64,000 nt of DNA, taken from assembly GCA_019057795.1 (NCBI GenBank), contig JAHLWS010000079.1, forward strand, positions 1 to 64,000, in the 5' to 3' direction. This document shows, piece by piece, positions 60,589 through 64,000 of the stretch. Below the pieces are notes generated by a model. The model saw only the letters and a list, made by a program, of their open reading frames with translations, had not been told where the DNA came from and did not search any database. The stretch is from Promethearchaeota archaeon. GTDB taxonomy: Archaea > Asgardarchaeota > Lokiarchaeia > Sigyniarchaeales > SOKP01. Position 1 is the stretch's first letter. Each line of letters opens with the position of its first letter. Made by a program: the position numbers and the translations under genes.

Positions 60589-61262
60589 AAAAATATGAAA
60601 ATGCTTTATTACTTGTTGGTAGTCCTAAGGGCTCATTAAGCAGTTCTGTTTCTCTTGGAAATTCCTTAACCTTAAGTTTAGAAGAATTAGGGTTATCTAT
60701 AGATACGGAATATCTTTATAAACTCGTTAAAAAAGAAGATGGACAGAAAAAATTAATTTCTAAGGTGGAAGATGCTGATCTCATAATTTTAGCGTTCCCT
60801 CTTTATATTGATTGTTTGCCTGCTGGGGTTATTAAAGCGCTAGAACTCATTGCTATTTACAGACAATCAATGAGCAATCCGAAAAAACAAGGATTTGTCG
60901 TGATAATCAACTGTGGTTTTCCAGAAACACAGCATAATAATGTTGCGGTGTCAATCTGTAAAATTTTTGCTCGTGAAGTAGGATATGAGTGGAAAGGTGC
61001 TTTAGCGCTTGGAATGGGTGGAGCATTTGGTGGTAAATCCTTAGAAGAACGCGGAGGAATGGTGAGAAATGTAATAAAAGGATTTGATATTGCAGCGCAA
61101 GCTTTATCCGAAGGAGAAAAGATTCCAGAAGAAGCTATAGAGCTTGTAGGAAAAAAGTTCATGCCCATTACCCTATATACAAAAATGGGAAATCTAGGTT
61201 GGAACATCCAGGCAAAAAAATTCGGAGCTCGCAAAAAAATTCGAGATCAACCTTATTTGTAA
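60585..61262 (+). CDS. Flavodoxin-like NAD(P)H-dependent oxidoreductase
   Basis: GSPK, AFPLYIDCLP, NCGFPE. Confidence 0.88.
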   Translation: MKKYENALLLVGSPKGSLSSSVSLGNSLTLSLEELGLSIDTEYLYKLVKKEDGQKKLISKVEDADLIILAFPLYIDCLPAGVIKALELIAIYRQSMSNPKKQGFVVIINCGFPETQHNNVAVSICKIFAREVGYEWKGALALGMGGAFGGKSLEERGGMVRNVIKGFDIAAQALSEGEKIPEEAIELVGKKFMPITLYTKMGNLGWNIQAKKFGARKKIRDQPYL

Positions 61263-61476
61263 TTCTTTTTATTTAAAATTTTTAAATTTAGTTTTTCGGG
61301 AGAACCATGATGTGGTTATTCATTATTCCCTTTTTTGTGGCTCTTATTATGAACTAATTCAAAGTTATTCTTTATAAAAAAATCAATTTCTAAACGTTTA
61401 ATTGTTTAAATGTTTTATTTTGGAGTAATATTGGATAAAAAAGTATATAATTAAAATATAAGAGTGATGATTAAAG

Positions 61477-62853
61477 ATGTCAAAATATGATGTTGTTATA
61501 ATTGGTGGTGGAGTTGGAGGTACAGCTTCTGGAGCTATTCTGGCTTCTAATGGATTAAATACTCTCCTTATCGAGAAAAATCAATTTATTGGTGGTCGTT
61601 GTAGTACATATGAAAAAGAGGGTTTCAAAATAGATATAGGTGTGCATTCCTTTGGAAGAACGAGTAATGGTCCCCTTGGAACAGTATTAAAAATGATTGG
61701 TATGGAAGATGCTATTGATTGGGTTCTAGCGCGAAATCCAGGACCGGTACAGTATTATCAGGGGAAATTTTGGAAATTTCCTAAAGAACTTGAAAAATTA
61801 ATTCCTCCCTCCGATTTTTCCAGCCTTATAAAAATACTTAGAGACATAATGCGAATAAAGGATACAAAAGATCTTGATAATATTAGCATTAAAACATGGT
61901 TATCAAAATATTCCGATAATAAACTTGTCCACTCGTTTATTAATATTCTCTGCGGTTTATATTTTGTAGTTTCTTACAACGAGGCTTCTGCTGGTGAATT
62001 TGTGAGATGTTTATCTTCACTTGTGCAAAATAGGAGTACTGGGTATCCTAAAGGCGGATGTATAGCAATACCTCTTGCTTATGCTAAAGCCATTGAAAAA
62101 TTTGGGGGTACTGTGGAAACAGGGGTCACGGCCAAAAAAATTATCATCGAGGATGGAAAAATCCAAGGCGTTGAACTCGATAACAATAAATTTATTTCAT
62201 CTCAATTGGTCATTAGCAATGCAGGGATAAAAGAAACAATAAATAATATGGTTGGTAGAAACTATTTCGATAAAATATATCTTGAAAAAATTGACAAACT
62301 AAAGTATTCGATGAGCGCTTTTTCTCTTAAATTGGCATTAAAAAAACCAATAACTCATTTTAAAGTAATTAATTCAATGTCTCTAGACTACGAGGAAAAA
62401 GTTAGGTCAGTTTTGGAAGGAGAAGTCCCTGACAAAGTAGATTTATTCGTTCCTATCCCTTCGAATTATGACCCAGAACTAGCACCAAAAGAAAAGCAAC
62501 TAATTATCGCGGGAACGGCAGTACCTCGGGAAAATTTTGAAAGAAATAGAGAAAAATGGATAAGTAGTACAATGGAAACTCTTGAAGAAATGTTCCCAAA
62601 ATTCCAAAATAACTTAATGTGGATGGAAGTCACGACACCAAAAGATATCGAATCAATAGGCGGAAAAGAAGCATCCGTTGTTGGGATATCACAAACTGTA
62701 GATCAGACAGGAGTAAATAGACCCGCCACATCTCTACCAATAAAAGGGTTATATATAGTTGGCGGAGACGCAGGTGGTTGGGGAATTGGAACTGAACTAG
62801 CAGCAAAAAGCGCTATCGATTGTTCAAAAATCATATTAAAACAAAAAAAGTAA
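61477..62853 (+). CDS. Phytoene desaturase-like FAD-dependent oxidoreductase
   Basis: DVVIIGGGVGG, EKNQFIGGRC, YPKGG, TTPKD, GLYIVG. Confidence 0.92.
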   Translation: MSKYDVVIIGGGVGGTASGAILASNGLNTLLIEKNQFIGGRCSTYEKEGFKIDIGVHSFGRTSNGPLGTVLKMIGMEDAIDWVLARNPGPVQYYQGKFWKFPKELEKLIPPSDFSSLIKILRDIMRIKDTKDLDNISIKTWLSKYSDNKLVHSFINILCGLYFVVSYNEASAGEFVRCLSSLVQNRSTGYPKGGCIAIPLAYAKAIEKFGGTVETGVTAKKIIIEDGKIQGVELDNNKFISSQLVISNAGIKETINNMVGRNYFDKIYLEKIDKLKYSMSAFSLKLALKKPITHFKVINSMSLDYEEKVRSVLEGEVPDKVDLFVPIPSNYDPELAPKEKQLIIAGTAVPRENFERNREKWISSTMETLEEMFPKFQNNLMWMEVTTPKDIESIGGKEASVVGISQTVDQTGVNRPATSLPIKGLYIVGGDAGGWGIGTELAAKSAIDCSKIILKQKK

Positions 62854-63097
62854 TTAAACGCATATCGATAGGTTGGAATATCCAAGCAAAAAATTCGAAG
62901 CACGTAAAAAAATAAAAGACCAAAACAGAAACTCTCAAATAAGGTTTTGAAACAGATAAGTATATAACATTCACAAATACTAAATAGATATTAGGGAAGT
63001 GCGTCACTTTTTTAATCTTTTGGTATAAGAATAGTGCTTAACAAGTTTTTTATCAACTAACAGCGTTAATTCAGACCTTATGTGGAGAATTTGACTT

Positions 63098-63637
63098 ATG
63101 GAAAAACTTAATTTGGCGTTCAAAATGTGTATATTTGGAGATTCAGGTGTTGGTAAATCAACATTGATCAACCGATATATTACAGCCAAATTTGATCATG
63201 ACCTAAAGCCGACTTTAGGAGCAGCAATTTTGATGAAATTCATAGAAACGGAAACTATGAGAATAACACTTCAAATTTGGGATTTTGCCGGAGAGGAAAG
63301 GTTCAGATCTCTTTTACCTAGCTATGCTCAAGGATCTTCTGCAGCTATTTTTATGTGCGACATTTCTAATCGCGATAGTATTACGAATATAGATAAATGG
63401 CTTTTGACATTTAACGAAGGAATGAACGTTCGGAACCCAAAATTCCCCTTAATAGTAGTTGGTGGAAAATTAGACTTAGAAGAAAAACGATCTTTTAGTA
63501 AGAAGGATATTGAAGATATACTTACAGTACGAAAAGAATTTGATTACATCGAATGTTCTTCAAAAACCGGAGAAAATGTGGATTTGCTATTTCAAACTAT
63601 AGTCGATAAAATGTTGATTTATGGAAACCATCTATAA
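63098..63637 (+). CDS. Rab-like small GTPase (Asgard type, no C-terminal prenylation cysteine)
   Basis: G1 GDSGVGKS, G2 PTLG, G3 WDFAGEERF, G4 GKLD, G5 CSSK. Confidence 0.95.
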   Translation: MEKLNLAFKMCIFGDSGVGKSTLINRYITAKFDHDLKPTLGAAILMKFIETETMRITLQIWDFAGEERFRSLLPSYAQGSSAAIFMCDISNRDSITNIDKWLLTFNEGMNVRNPKFPLIVVGGKLDLEEKRSFSKKDIEDILTVRKEFDYIECSSKTGENVDLLFQTIVDKMLIYGNHL

Positions 63638-63708
63638 GATAGAATCTAATCTCAATTTTCCTTTTCGGCATAAATTAACTTTTTTAGTAGTGGATCTTTT
63701 AATTTTAT

Positions 63709-63822
63709 AAGAAGGAAGGGGAAAACATTTGGGAAAATGCCGAATGGACCGTACAGGCACGAAAGATAATTAAAGCTCTTAAGCATTTCCCAGAAAGCTC
63801 TAAAATAATTCTAATAGTAGTT
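63709..63822 (+). pseudogene. Possible N-terminal fragment of a histidine-phosphatase-family gene
   Basis: IWENAEWTVQARKIIKALKHFPESSKIILIV breaks off where an RH motif would follow. Confidence 0.35.
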
Positions 63823-63938
63823 AGATTAACTAATAAAATTTTATTAATCCAATTTTCTACCATATTTTAATAAATTAACATATAAAATAACATATGACTA
63901 AATTTTAAATTTCAAAAAAATAAAATATTAATTGAACG

Positions 63939-64000
63939 ATGAAAGAACTAGAACAAGATTTCGAGCCCTCGCCTGAATTTCACTTATCAAAAAAGAAATT
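63939..64000 (+). CDS. 5' end of a gene running off the right edge (MKELEQDFEPSPEF...)
   Basis: ATG at 63939, frame open to the edge. Confidence 0.5.
   Translation, partial: MKELEQDFEPSPEFHLSKKK

Noticed and set aside
800-63189. Many antisense or overlapping track ORFs (e.g. 800-1060, 1796-2104, 14372-14686, 25135-25440, 37341-37712, 47415-47918, 60857-61234)
   Set aside because: Shadow frames of well-supported genes, with no recognisable motifs

Overview
AT-rich archaeal DNA, most likely an Asgard archaeon of the Lokiarchaeia type (inferred from a Rab-like small GTPase, a TFB-domain protein, GGAGG/GGTGA Shine-Dalgarno sites, T-tract terminators, an archaeal A1-U72 tRNA-Gln and many lipid-degradation enzymes). 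1-7 kb: lipid/ester hydrolase genes separated by a recurring 14-bp motif. 7-25 kb: defence-like, heavily rearranged island (Zn-ribbon-TFB fusion, NERD-UvrD helicase, ATPase-PD-(D/E)xK nuclease, Smr, several remnants of one helicase IV-like gene, PIN/HEPN/MNT toxin-antitoxin genes, a Zn-finger HEPN). 25-37 kb: glycyl radical enzyme plus activase, membrane proteins, esterase, TetR. 37-42 kb: PIN/UPF0175 cluster around the most striking locus, a co-oriented unit of an atypical tRNA-Gln(UUG) (C33), a DIP1984-family helical protein and a predicted ~140-nt structured RNA with six in-register heptamer repeats; a diverged partial copy of this RNA lies at 32.3 kb. 42-64 kb: GT4/GH130 pair, transporters, a kinase-less 7TM/HAMP-TPR-vWA/HAMP/beta-propeller cluster, MarR-flavoprotein operon and the Rab-like GTPase. 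No CRISPR array, rRNA, integrase or intact transposase was seen. All family calls come from motif recognition by eye, not database searches.
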